A stretch of DNA of 64,000 bases from Monocercomonoides exilis PA203 (Eukaryota; Protista; Preaxostyla), in contig LSRY02000010.1 of assembly GCA_001643675.2 (NCBI GenBank), forward strand, positions 496,001 through 560,000, written 5' to 3'. The notes below the pieces were generated by a model. It was not told where the DNA came from and ran no database searches. It was given only the letters and a program-made list of their open reading frames with translations. Positions within the stretch are counted from its first letter, which is position 1. Each line of letters opens with the position of its first letter. Of the stretch, positions 1-13,566 are shown piece after piece. The position numbers and the translations under genes are program-made.

Positions 1-890
1 GAATATTTTCTTGATGCTCATCCAGAGTTAATGTTGCCTTGCTCATATTTATCAAGACTTTTCGTTTTATCTTGAGTTTTAATGTTGTTTGATCATTATA
101 GCCAATTTATTTTTTTGTCTTTTTTTAAGAATGTCAGAAGAATTACAGGCCGGTGTTTTCGAGGGTGAAGAACCTGAAGAAGATATACCAGAAGAAGAAT
201 GTGGGGTATTTTCCTCATCTTCTGTATCAAATGAATTGACACCAGCTGTTACTGTATTTAGCGGAGAAGAAGCTGAGGATGATATTGAGGAAGGTAATTC
301 ATTGTTTTTTTTTCCAAATTTTGATAATTTCAAATGTGATGAAATTGTGATATTGCTGTTAAATCTATTTTTTATGTATTTTTTTCCATTTTTATTTTCA
401 GAGCAATGTGAAATTACATCACAAAATTTTTCTTCGTCTGTATCCCCGCCACCTTCTCAAAACAAAACTTCTCAAAATCACACGCAGCAAATAAATCAAC
501 AGATTTTGAAAGTTAAGCAGCCAGAATCAAAATTACAAGCAGATCTTTGTATGGATGAAAAAATCTGATTTTGATTATGAAATATAAACAAATGAAAATT
601 ATTTATTATTTCTTTATAAAAGACGCTCATTACCAAGCCATTTACAAAATTATGGAAAACAAGCATGGGGCATGTGATAGAACTATTAACAAAGCAATGG
701 GCAACATTAGCATATCACTTTCTCTTCTTGGACCTTTGTTTCAGGTATTTATTTGTAATATTCATTGTTAACACTAATTTGCAATAATTTATAAAAGGAT
801 ATTGCTGACGGGCTACAGAAAACAAAACGGCATTTGACAGAAACAACTTTATCAATAACACATCTAAACAGAACAATGAATTTTTGGTGA
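1..890 (+). CDS. 3' part of a multi-exon hypothetical protein gene (acidic, then helical), 5' end outside the window or unresolved
   Basis: Phase-compatible GT-AG introns at 294-401, 549-622 and 745-797 join ORF segments (..EEAEDDIEE/EQCEITSQ..ADL/YAHYQAIYK..GPLFQ/DIADGLQK..MNFW*) and end at TGA 888-890. No recognisable domain. Confidence 0.55.
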
Positions 891-1258
891 AATATTTCTC
901 TTATATTTCAAAATTATCAAATTATTAAGAAAATGTAATATCATTTAATATCTGAATGAATTGGAAAATGGTGGTTTGTGAGATATTTTATTTTCTTTTT
1001 CTTTACTTCTCTTTTTAATTGCCATTTCTGAAAATTTATAGGAAATGTGTGGATAAATAATCGTATTTGTTTTTGAATGCTGTAGGACTAATAAAGTTAA
1101 GGAATTATTAACGCTTCAATTAACTTTTTTTTTTGATTGTCATTTCAAATTATTTTATACTCTTTGATATTTTTCTTCAAAAAAATTTTTTTTTCATTTT
1201 AACTTATTGAAGTTTAATTGCAAATTTTTTATTTCTAATTAAAAACACTTTTATGATA

Positions 1259-2665
1259 AGCAAATTAAAAGAATATCGGAACTTTCAAATTGAGATTATT
1301 TATGTTTCTATTGATTTCTTTTGCGTCAATAAAGTGTTGTAATGCAAATAAAGTTGCCGGAAAACGTTTTAAAAAACAAACAAATGATTTTTATTAAAAT
1401 TGATCAAATGAAAATTTCTGCTTATTCATCTGAATAATGAGAAGCATCCCCTCCGTCATCAACGCTATTTGAATTTTCTTCTTTTTCATCATCACGCGAC
1501 TTATGCAAAATATCATCAACATCATGAATTTTTTCATTTTCAAAAAAAAAATCAATTTCTTCATCCGCAATAATAGTTTTTTTCTTCTGTAAAAAAAATG
1601 AATCATTATATGCAAAATATCAACAAAGTTTGGGTTTGAATTTCGTTGAAAAAGCCACATGCACATGCAATTTGTTTTGAATAATTTTCTAACACCTTAC
1701 CAAGGGAAAAAATGCTCTTAAATGACTCCACAACCCTTCAACGGTATTGGTACATGCACCTGTTTCTGGATCTTTGAAGTTCCTTTTATGACAGACCGTA
1801 ATATGTTCATAACCAATATCTTTCAGACAATTATAGCTTTTCCATTCATCACTAATTATTGTTGTGCCTGCTAATATCCTTTCTTGAATAATAGGAATCA
1901 ATGTTTCTTTTTTCCTGTCTGGCACGATGATAACAAAATTTGTTCCAGCTCCTCCTCCTTCCTTCCTCTCAACTCCCCCGAAAATCCACAGCATGTCCTT
2001 CTTTCTTCCTCTTCCATATTTCCTTCTCACCCAAACAGCTTCATCAATTTCTATATATTTTCCCTGTCCACGTTATTTTCGCATCGTTTCATTCCATATT
2101 TGTGTTCTAACAACTCATTCAATGCACGTCCAATAATCAATTGTTGGATATGAAACCCCCGTCAGCAAATGAATTTGTTTTAATCCAATTCCAATCCAAT
2201 TGTACAATAGAATCTGTAAGACAATATTTATTGGTAGTTTCATTTTGGAAAATACAGAATTTTTAAATATTGAGGTATTTTTTCGGCAAGTTTGACACGA
2301 AAGATATATGTAACCTTCTGTTTCCTCCCTAATTCTCATTTTGCTTCTGCATTTTGGGCAATCGTTGGTAGCGAACTCTTGAAAACGTTTGAAAAACCAA
2401 TTCCACGTTTCTTCTTTATCATGGAAGATCGTATTCAATCGAAATACTGTTTGACTATTTTTTTCCTCTTCAGATCTTGCCATATAACTTTTTTGATCAT
2501 AAACCATAGATTAGAATTTTTATGACTTTTTGTTGTTTTTTTAAACTTCTAATAAAGACTTTCCGATAGCTGAAATTTTGCATAATGTATCAATATATAA
2601 TTAAAATAACTTTCACTATTTTTTTTTGTGCAAAATTGAGAGTTCCGATATACTTTCATTTTGCC
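1259..2665 (-). mobile_element. Merlin-superfamily (IS1595/ISXO2-like) DNA transposon, decayed copy, ~1.4 kb
   Basis: 33-bp imperfect TIRs: 1259-1291 agcaaattaaaagaatatcggaactttcaaatt versus the reverse complement of 2633-2665, ggcaaaatgaaagtatatcggaactctcaattt (6 mismatches). They enclose a DDE transposase pseudogene. No clean TSD. Confidence 0.85.
1423..2507 (-). pseudogene. Merlin/ISXO2-like DDE transposase pseudogene
   Basis: One frame from 2507 to 1689 gives a Zn-ribbon (CPKC...CQTC), an HTH-like segment, IEIDE, RKYGRGR, WIFGGVER, ISDEWKSY, TVCH and TNTVEGLW. In-frame stops are TGA 2115-2117 and TAA 2073-2075. Frameshifts after FFPLV lead to ..MWLFQRN.. and an acidic tail. Confidence 0.9.
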
Positions 2666-2727
2666 TGAAAAAATATTCTTATGTTCAATAATTAACGTTT
2701 CATCACATGTTCATTTGCATCTCCATA

Positions 2728-2762
2728 AAAAATAAAATAAAATAAAATAAAATAAAAATAAA
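2728..2762. repeat. (AAAAT)n microsatellite
   Basis: Run of taaaa/aaaat pentamers read directly from the sequence. Confidence 0.7.
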
Positions 2763-3536
2763 CTCACGGTAATTTGGAAAAGATAATATATTATAATTAA
2801 TAAATGAAAATATTAGTCACATTCGATTTGTTCCTCAAATCATCATATTTAAATTAAAATTGAGATTTTTGAAAATAATACAAATCTATCTCATTTTTCA
2901 TTCAATAACAAAGAAAAATTTTTTGTGCACATATTTTCTTTCTAAAAAGAAACATTTTAAAAATCTTAAAAAATGAGTGAATAGATGAGAATTAATTCAA
3001 CAAAAATTTGATGACTTATTTTAATGTTTTTTTCAATAAATGAATCTTAAATAAGAACATCCAGTTGCTTTTAAAAAAAAGATTTCATAAAGCACAAAGA
3101 AGATAAATATTTACATTCTATTACTCACTTAAACAATAACAAATCAGTTGTATATTATAAGAAGCGAATTAGAAATCTAGTCAAAAACGAGATTAACACT
3201 CAATAAAGGTGATAAATACATACATTACAAAAATAATTCAAAAAAATGTTTTAAAAAAACGAAAGATAAACCAAAAATTCAAAGTTAAAATATGGTGATA
3301 AAACGATATCATAAAAGAAATCGCGAATGCAAGAAGTCTAATGAAAAAAAAACTGTGACAGCCAACGAAAGTTCAACTTTCAAATGGATATTATCAAATA
3401 TACATGTATAAACTTCAACAAAATAATCAATAGCTATTATTCACACATTTCATCACAACATAATATTTTGCTGTTGTTCATTTTTTCAAAATTTCCAAAT
3501 CGGTTTTGATCTTGCCAATCATCAATGGAGTTTCGT

Positions 3537-6500
3537 CTATTGCGATGAACAATAAGTGCAACTGCTTCCATTTTCATCGACATTTGTATCTTCTTCAAAG
3601 TCAAGAGCATCCGACACTGTTGGCATGACAGCTCCTGCTGGAAAACGCTGGATAAACTCCCTCTTAAGCCCAATCAATGTGCATCTCTCAAACGGATTTG
3701 GCGACAAGCACGATTGAACAACTCCTAAATAAGTTGATCCGTTCACTTTCATCAAACTTGGAAGTTGCCCCTCACTTATTTTCCTTCCAGCCATCTCAGC
3801 CTCATAATCAGAAAATGGAATCTCCAATGTCAAACATTCCCACAACATCATCCCAATGGAAAACGAAACAGAAGCTTTTGTTGCTCCCATCTTCATATTG
3901 ATCAGCAGCTCAGGTGCCTTCCATCGCAAACACTCATTTCTGTTGTCTTCATCATCCTCAAACGCTGATGAAGGTGGAGGCGAGTGTGCGTATCTCTTGC
4001 TCCTTCTTGAGCCATCAGACGAAGATGTTACAATCGTGGATGATGAAATCGAAGATGAATCTGAATCTGAAGAAGAACAGTCGGAGTGCATGGCAATACA
4101 AATAACCATGTGTTCAGAGAAGAGCACAATGTGAGGGCTGAGGTTTTCCAAAGAAGAAAGAGGATTTTCCATTTCATCAAATGAGTGAAGTGCTCCATTC
4201 GCAACCCAGAACAGAATTTGGGCAGCTGTCACTTCTCTCTCCTGCAAAGTGTCAATTGCCATTTCCTTCTTTTCATTCCTCCCATGAAGCAGCATGAACA
4301 GCGAATCCCTAAGGTCCACAATCAGTTTTTCATGAGGCGAAGAACAGGCTATTGCATCCACCAAGTTAGACATGGATGAGGTGGTGGGGCACAGACTTTC
4401 CGTTCGAACAAATGTTGTGTCTGTATCTGAAGTGTCTGTTGTTGAAGTGGATGAAATTGAAGGTGATGGTGTTCTTTTTCTTGTCTCTTCCTCTTCCTCC
4501 TTTTCCAGTGCCCAATCGGGAATCTTGTCTGAGTCCTTTCCCAATATGTATTCTGTCGAGCCACTCTCAGATAGCAAATACTCTTTAGACTCCGAATGCA
4601 CCATATTCGTCTCATATACCCTCTTCTTTATCCTCTCTTCATTTTTCTTCTCTGCTTCTCTCTCTGCTCTCCTCCATTGCTCCTCAGGTGACATCTCCAT
4701 CGTCACCATCTCAAATGCCTTCGGATCCTTTTTTATATTGTCTTCCACAATTATCTCCAATTCTTCTGTTCGTCTCTTTTGCTTCTTCCATCGAACAGCA
4801 AGGATAATAGACACAACAAGAACTATTAAGAACATAATAATAAATATAACTGCAATTATAAAAGCCCATGATTTCCCTTCTTTTCCTCCTTCAACAAGTT
4901 GTTCATCTCCACTTTGTTCAATTGCACTTCTGTTCTTCAGAATGAAAGAATCAGTGGCTGATGGTTTATCAACTTTCCCAAATAAAATACACACCCTTAC
5001 TTCTGCTTCACTTGGCACATCTTCAATTGTCTTGACAGGAACAGACCCATGCACCTCTTCCTCTGATATGAAACCGTTTGCATCAAACGAATATTTCTCA
5101 ACCACCTCATCATCCCCAATCGCTGCAACTGTTTTGAATGAGAGGTTGCAAGGGAGGAGAATCGATCCTCTGAACACAACGTCCACCTTCTCCCCTGACT
5201 TTTCCGATGACACACTCTCCACCTTCGGGATGAAAAATGGTGATTCTCTTTCTTTTGCTATTCCTTCCAGCGTGCATCCTTCGTCCAATATCCACAGCGA
5301 CGTATTTCTTTCCCATCCATCTCCTCCCTTCAAACTCACAACATTCAGTTCTCCACTGCCTTGGCACACAACATTCCTTCTTGCTGATCGGAATTTCTCT
5401 ATTCTTCCGTCGTTGTTCATAAACTCATCTTTTTCGAGCTTCACACTTGAATGTTCTATTCCCACCCCGCCTTTCGACGAATTTGCGATTGTTGAATCTT
5501 TCACATAAACGCTGCAGTTTATTATCTCGATGACAGATCCATTCCATTTGCACACATCATTTTCTTCTTTTATTTTTGTTCTTTTTGACTCTTCATTTTT
5601 CTTGTTTCCTTCATCATCCAAATCTCCAAAAACGCAACATGAATCAATCAACGCTTCCTTCAAGTTATTCAAGCTAACAGCTGATCCTTTTGGTGCATTC
5701 AAAAAGCACTGACTGAATGTGCAGTTGATCAACTGAAGATCATCGCAGACACTTTCGCATTTAACAACACTTCCATCCATCCCATCAGAGGTGATATTCA
5801 CAAATGAGGAAATAAAAATTGATAGTGATCCCTTTGCAAAGTCACTCAATTTGTTGTTTTCCAGAGAATCTTTATCACAAATACTTGAAGTTCCGTCGTT
5901 GCTGAGACAAATGAAGCATCCGTTCGCAATTGTGGTATTTTCAGAAATGGCATTTGATATAATTACACGCGAATAAACACTTGAAACAATTGCACTGTTC
6001 GCGAGTTTCAGATCGCCAAAAGTGACATTCTTCAGTTCAGCTGAGCAAGATCCCTTGAAAAGCAGCAAAGGAGCTATCATCATTTGAACTCCGTTGATAA
6101 CTCCTTCATTCATCACAAATACTCCGCTTTTCACAATAACAAGACTTGAATTCAAACAGACTGAGGACTGGCATGAAAAATAACACGAATCAATCAACAA
6201 AGAGCCATTTATCTGTTCCAAAATTGCCGGGTGCTTGCATGCAAATTCAATGTCGAACAAAAACTTACAACTCTCAGCAACACACTCTTCGGAAAAGCAA
6301 ATAATTCCTCTGCTTTCGTTGTTGAAGGGGATTGATTCGCAAAAGTTCAACAGAGCATCATCTTTCAGTGATGAGCCCAATCGCAAATTCGAAAGAGCAG
6401 TCTCTTCAACAACAGCTGCCGAGCCATTAATCCAAATGCAATTTCGAAATCCTGGTTCAACATGAGAGGATGCGCACGAAATAGAACGGCACGGATTGGT

Positions 6501-9500
6501 TTGTGATCCACACAAACGGCTGTCCTCAAACCCCTCCGATACAAAGATGGCTTCTCCTTTGAAAAAACGAATATATTCCATTAAGTCCACATCAAATAAC
6601 ACTCTGTCACTTCCACAGATTGAGTTATTGCTCTGAAGCGCTGTCTGATTGAAGTCCAGTGAGAACAACGTTTCATTGATCTGCTCCATTATTGACTCGC
6701 ATTGGATGAAAATGTCTTTTCCAACAAATGCATTGTTCACAACAAACACATCATTCTTTATCAGAAGTCCAATCTCTCTAATTCCAGAATTCGATGTTTC
6801 ATCCTTGTTCTGGCAGTTTATCATCATCCCTCCTCCCCTTCCCTCAACTGTCGAGGATGCACACCAAACAAATGAGCATCCTTCCACTGTCAGACGGGAA
6901 TATTCATGTTCCAAGCATATCATTGCTCCTCCGCCTTCTTTGCTTCCCTCACTCACGCACTTTTCCAGATTGCTTTTGTTCACAATGAATTCTATCTCCC
7001 CAAACCCACTGCTGCTTACTATTCCAGCTCCTTCATCCTCCCGAGTTATAAATGAAAAATTCGAGCAACTGATTGTGATTGCTGTCTTACTGTTTATCCT
7101 TCCCAAATTGCCTTGATGACTCAATGGAATGATAACACTTGAATCAGAATTCGTGCTTATAATACTTGCTCCAGTCACATTTATTGAAGCAGCACTGAGA
7201 AATTCCACACTTACAACTGATACAGAAGATCCAAGAAGCAGGAATGCTCCTGAAAGCGAAAAGCCAGCGATAAATACATGATTAAGCATTGCGCCACCAC
7301 TTACAACATTCAGAACAGTTGGATAGACTGCCACCTGGGAAACTGTCGCATTAGATACAAAAGAGCAGTGAGAAACTGACAGTGAAGATGTTGCAGCAGA
7401 AAACAAAACAAAAGATGTGTCAGCATCTGATGTTGTTGGAAGAATAAATTTCAGATCAGAAAACGATAGTTGAACTGTTGAACAAATGGTTGCTGCATCA
7501 GCGCCATTTACACTGCATGCAAAAACATTTGTGTTATTTGAAAGTCCTTCCATTAATACAGATGGATTGGTCAATGAAGGCACATTGGAAGATTCAGAAA
7601 ATGAAATCGGGTTATTGATTGAAGCTGACTGAATGAGTGTTAAAGAAGTCGGTGAAGTGAGTGAATTTGGAGGGAATTGAGCAGAAAATATCTGATCCAC
7701 AGTCTTGCACGGGGTTACTTCATATCCACATCCACTGAAGTCTGCTCCATTTGTCCCATCCACAAACCCATTTCCAGACAGATTATTCCATAAGAACACA
7801 ACTATAGGAATCACATATTCCACTCCAGTCGTCGATCTCTCCCACCCACATATTTCTTCTAGTGACGATAACTCTTCACCACTCAAATTCCAGCAAAAGT
7901 GTTGTTCATTGACAATTTCATTCAGGTGATCTCCATTCACAAAAATATTCTTTCCTTTCCATGCTAAACACCGGTCAAATCTCAATTGTTCCAATACAAA
8001 ATTTGTTGCTCCATTCTCCAGTTCCAAGAACAACCCTCCTCCGAGCCCTTTCCCTTCATCAGTTCCGTTTCCGCTAGGAACTGTGCACCTCTCACACGCA
8101 ACACCACTTATATTCACTTTGTTTTCCTTATTCACTTCTAACAAAATTCCTCCTCCTCTCGATCCATCTCCTCCTGTACAGCTCGATGAAAATGTGCAAC
8201 CCTCAATCAGCACCTCGAAAACTTCCTCTCTTCCTTCTCTTTCTCTGCTTTCATATCCTCCTAAATACAAACTCCCTCCATCGCCTTCTTTCTTTTCAAC
8301 CCCCAAAATCCGACAATCAATCATCCTTACCGAGTGGCATCCTTCAAAAAGCATAAATGATGATAACGAAAATGAAATGTTCTGATTTATCTCAAACCCT
8401 TCAAGCTCCACTTCACCTCCTTCCGCGCAAATAATGCAGTACCCGACCGAAGTCCCAGTTGCATTAATCGAAGATGCAAACAAAATAGAGCACGATGAAA
8501 GAGCAAGCGAAAAAGTGGAATGGAGAAATGCTCTTCTTGATGAATCAAACGCAGACGGAAGGTGTAACGAAAAATTTGAAAAAGAACAAGCTACCGAGCA
8601 ATCAACAAATGCATCTTGAGTAAATTTATCTCCTTCAACAACTGTAATTGTTGCTTTTTCGATGTGCTGCGAAATCATGAATATGAGTGGAATTGCAGAA
8701 ATCAACATTTCTTCAGAAATTGAGGTTGAAGATAAAACTTCAACCAGACCAACCGCATTCGATATTCGATTGTTCACGCAATAACTCACAGAACCGCAAG
8801 GAAATAGCTCATATCCGCAATGCGTGTGATCTGCCCCTTCTACTCCATCGACAAATGCTGAACTTGAAAGCGAAGCAAAAAACACGAAAAGAGGAATTGC
8901 GTGATCCTCTGCTCCATTTTCACTTCCATATAACATCGTATCTTCAGGTGACGTAACCCTTCCGTCAAAAAACATAAACGTCGAACTATTCACAATATCT
9001 TTCAGCAAAATATTATTTTCACACTTCACGAACACATCTTTCCCCAGCCATGCCAAGTTCTTCTTAACTTTCGAAAATACCACACCCTCATCCAACTTTA
9101 GAATACTTTCTTCGCTCTCTATCCCAATCATCAATCCTCCTCCTTTTCCTTTGTCTTCAATCAACTTCCCTGCACAACACCCTTCGAACACACTGCTTCC
9201 ATTCACGACAAGACCATCGCCAGCCCCCAGTGAAATATGTGCTCCTCCTCCGCATTTTGCACTTCCTTCTGCGCAACACTCACTCACATTGCAATTGTCT
9301 ATCATAAGTTCACTCGCTACTCCAGTTTGCCCTCCGTTCCATTCTGCGTATATGCATCCTCCATTTCCATTTACGTTTTTGAATCCAGAAAATCTACAAT
9401 TCTTGAAATCAGCAAATCCATGCAGTCCATGACACTTTATGAACGATTTCGATTGTAATACCGCTCCGTTTTTTGTCTCAAAGTTTTCCACTTCTAATCC

Positions 9501-12500
9501 CCCTTCTTCAATATCTGCAAATCCATATTCCACAGCGGAGCCTTGTGAGATAACTTCGAATACTATGGAACAATTAATCAATAACAATGAAGATGTTGAA
9601 CAACTGATAAAGAAAGAGGCTGATTGCAATTGGGAAGGAAGCCCAAAACAAATGTTGTTAAACGAAGCACCTGCTGTCACAGTCACAAAAGATGAAGAAG
9701 AAAAATCTGAAGGAGCAAGAATTGAAACCTGCAATCCCTTCTTGATTGCAGAGACATTCCATGGGTGTTGTGATACAATTAATTGCTCATCAACTTGCAG
9801 GCAGTCATCAATGACAATCAATGGTGAAGATGTTGGGAATAACGCGCGAACGGTGTGCATTATGGTCAGGCAAGGCAAAAAGGAAAGTCCACAGAATGAT
9901 GAATCCAATCCTCGCGATGGATCTCCAGTTACATGTGCAGGCGCATTAAAAGGAACGAGAAATGCATTCAGTGAAAATGGATTCAAAATCGGAATGAGTC
10001 GATCGCAACACATCAGATCATCTGATGAGGATCCCTCAAATGATATATTCAATGTTCCATTGTTCAGCCAAACAGATGACAAAGCACTTCCATTAATGAA
10101 AACATTGTTACCTCCATTATTTGCGCTGCACTTGCAAAATGTGATGTCAGACAGACAGAAGTCAGTTGCACCTTCAGCCATCTCAATATATATCCCTCCT
10201 CCAAATCCGCCACAATGGCAGCTCGTGAATAATGTGGAAGAACTTTGTGATCCAATCTGAAGCGAGCTACTCTCATGATCGAGAAAGATTGCTATCCCTC
10301 CTCCATTTCCTGAAATGCATGAACAATTCTCAATTGTGTTGTTCATCATCTTCAGATGTTCGTTTAAAGCAGTGCGAATTGATAGAATGAGTCCACTTCC
10401 TGTTAAGAGAGTAACATTCGCAACAGTAATATTGCTCAGATGGCTATCTTCTGCCTCAGACGATGAAGAATGATGGAATAGACTTTCAGATGTTGTTATA
10501 TTGCAGATAAGAAGATCTCTAATTTCCACTTTCTTGAGGCAAACATCAAATACATGTGATGAAACTTCCAATTCTTCTATATTGAAAGTCGATGAAAAAA
10601 TCGCAACATTGCTGATTGTGAGCAAAGAAATCGAATCAGATTGGAATATAGTCGGAGTTGGAACAGTTGTTGAGTTCTGATTAACACTGAAGGAAAGCGC
10701 ATAAAGCGTTCCACAAGAAATTGAAAACAGAGATGAGTCAGCTGGGAGCAAGTCTGTTGCAAGCTGCACATTTTGTCTAGAAGATCCCGTTATTTTTAGT
10801 GTCTTGGAATTGAGATGTAGTGGAGATGGTTCTGATGAAATTAATCCCTCCAAGAGAGTAATCGTTGATAAAGAAATGGAATGAAGAGAAGAAATGGCTT
10901 TTTGCACTGTTCTGCATGGAGAAAATTCGTCATTACAAACAGAACCAATCAAGTCTTGACCATCATTCCCCACAAATTGATTCAAGGAAAATGGCTCCAT
11001 CCATCCTGTTGCATATCTAACTCCTTCAGCATAATTGAGATAAACAGATTGTGTTGTGCACGTTGTGAAAGATTCCACAAATGGAGGCGGATTTTGTCTC
11101 AAATGATTCGTGTTATCTGTAATTTCAACATCTATACCATTCGGATCTTCACGTGTGCAAGAACTTTCAAAATACAAATGAAAATAAAATAAAACCAAAT
11201 TTGTTGATTCAAAACTTTCTCCATTCCAATGAAACGATCCTCCTCTGAATGATGCTGAACACTGATAAAATAAGCAGCTTCTTATTTCTGTCGTTCCAGG
11301 AGGAGACATGCACATACTTCCTCCTGCATCTTCGACTATTGAGCATCTTATGAAACTGCAATATGAAACGCTTGACAGGCTTTCTACATCGTTTTCTCTT
11401 CGCGTTAAATTAATATTGGATGAAACATGACGAAAAATACGAAAAGCACCACCAGCTCGGCTTGAAGAGCATTTATAAAAATAGCATCCAATTATAATTG
11501 GAGATGTCTGAATGTAACGTTCATAACAGCCTCCTGCTTCTGATTTAGCTTGACATTCATGGAAAGAACTATTCTCCAATGAAAATGAATCTATTCCTTC
11601 AACAAATATAGCCCCTCCATTACTTTCTGTTGCGATGCACGAATTGAAAGTGCATCTCCGAATCGAGACTGAGATTTCTGTTATATTCGCAACAAAAATC
11701 GCTCCTCCCTTCGTTGCGCTTGCATTCTGCCATTCACATAGCAAAAACGAATAATTTCCTTTTTCTGCTATTGGTAGACTCTCCATTCTTTTTGGATTTG
11801 TTTCGTTGCCTTCGTGTTGGATGTTGTTGTTTGCAGAGTGACGGCAGTTTTTGAACGAGCAATTGAATACCCTGAGAGAGATTGAAGGCACATTTATTGA
11901 ACGCACAATTCCCCCATAGATGGCATCTGGTACATGGTCGAAATTGCAGTTACTCAGAAATGAAAAGCAAAATCCCTTTTGAAAACTATTTTTAGCCTTT
12001 GAGGCAGATGTGACATTGAAAAAAGAAGATGTGCTCACAGTAATAGAGCATGCAGCTGTTGCGCCAAAAAATGGCGTGCACAACAGTTGTAACGATGAAA
12101 ACTCCGAGTTTAAAACACAAAAAGCGCCCAACTTTCCATCGGTCGATGCTGACCCACAAAACAGTGGAGGAACAAATCCACATGAACTCTCGTGCAATAA
12201 CGAAATGTTATCTAGAACAGCATTTCCACTTTCAAAGGCCAATGGGGAAACAGCGTCCTCGCTTGGCAAAACAAATATCACTGAAGACACGATCAGTGCA
12301 GATTGCTTCATGAAAATAGCATTCACATGTGAATGGACAGGAGAAGCAATAAGACTCGAAAATTTTGCGGATGAATTCAGAAGCACAACTTCAGACTTAA
12401 TCAATGTGGCAGGATGATGTTCGAACAATCGCTCTTTTACAACAGTGCTGTAATTATCATTTCGTTTGTGCTCTGAAAAGCCTGAAATAAATGGTATTCT

Positions 12501-12767
12501 GAATAAGTTATTTTGAACGGTAGAATAAAAATAGTTCAAGCAATTGACATAAATAATTTAATAATTTATCAAAATCAAAAAACAATAAAAGAAACAAAAC
12601 CCTATTTGCTTAAGCTGCTTTATATAGTCTGTACTTTTATAATTATTTTCAGGTGCGTTATTGATGAAAGCTCCGTCTTCACCATTGGTAAGAAAAGCAT
12701 TTGAACAATAACAAGAATCATCAAGAAATATCTGCAATACTACATGCAATAGAAAAAAGAGCACCAT
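3537..12767 (-). CDS. Giant single-pass receptor-like protein: signal peptide, Cys-rich GG-repeat (beta-helix-like) ectodomain, TM helix, degenerate TKL-type kinase C-lobe
   Basis: Exon 1 (12767-12601) encodes a hydrophobic N-terminus MVLFFLLHVVLQIFL. A phase-2 GT-AG intron (12600-12499) joins it to the 3000-aa ORF. Features: repeated GG[A/G]I and FxxC motifs, five GxD..C....PCx[ST] linkers, TM WAFIIAVIFIIMFLIVLVVSIILAV (~4795-4870), and RWKAPELL..SFSIGMMLWECLTLEIPF. Confidence 0.85.
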
Positions 12768-13566
12768 TTGATAAATTGTGCCTAATTATATAACTGCGAA
12801 AAATTGAAGTTTTTTAAAGACCAGCAACTGAAATTTCAAAAATAGCTATTTGATCCGATTTTGTATAAATTTTTATTTTTGATTCGTTTTTTTGTTAAAA
12901 ATGCCAACGGATAAAAACAAGTCATTCATATAAAATGAATATCTTTTAAAAAACAAAGCGCAAAAAATCACTTCCAGAAAAAATATATTTTTTCTTATTT
13001 TGCTTCTTTAAAAAAAGCTTTGTGAAATAAGAAAACTTTCATTAACACACTTTAATGTTATATATATGTTAAACTTTTCATTTATTATCATTTTTTTTTT
13101 AAAAGATTCCTTCTCTATAACTTCAAACTGCTTTTTGAGATTAAAGAAATATTCTTTTGATAATTTTTTTCAAAACAATGATCACACTTTTTCTATTATT
13201 TAATTTGTTTTTTAAGGGCTATTTGCAATTGTTGGGGTTCGTAATAAACCTGTGCGACACGACATGCAATTTTTTTTCACTCGGTCGATCGCTGAAAAAA
13301 GAAAACAAAAGAAAAAGAAAAAAAAAAAAGAAAAAGAGAAAAATAGTTGAATTGAATTTCATAAAATGAAAGCTAATTTTTTAAAAGAGTATTTTTTTTG
13401 AATATGTTTGCAATTGTCAGTTGTGGTATTTTAATCAATACATCAAATGTTCTTTTATTTTTCACTTTTTTGAATTCCCTTAAATAAAATTATTTTTCAT
13501 ATTTTAAATAGATAATTGCTTTTGTGAAGGTGTTCAAACAATTTGAGCGTTGAAAATCTTTCTTTT

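Noticed and set aside
1394-2507. Bacterial IS1595 contamination or a prokaryotic contig
   Set aside because: The element is embedded among spliceosomal-intron genes with host-like composition, so it is better read as eukaryotic Merlin.
1251-2673. TSD for the first Merlin
   Set aside because: The flanks ttatgata and tgaaaaaa match at only 4 of 8 positions. The 5-bp tgata/tgaaa similarity is not convincing.
3856-12417. Antisense ORFs inside the receptor genes, including similar ones at 4372-5508 and 61879-62409
   Set aside because: Their similarity simply mirrors the conserved sense-strand tail. There is no independent coding evidence.
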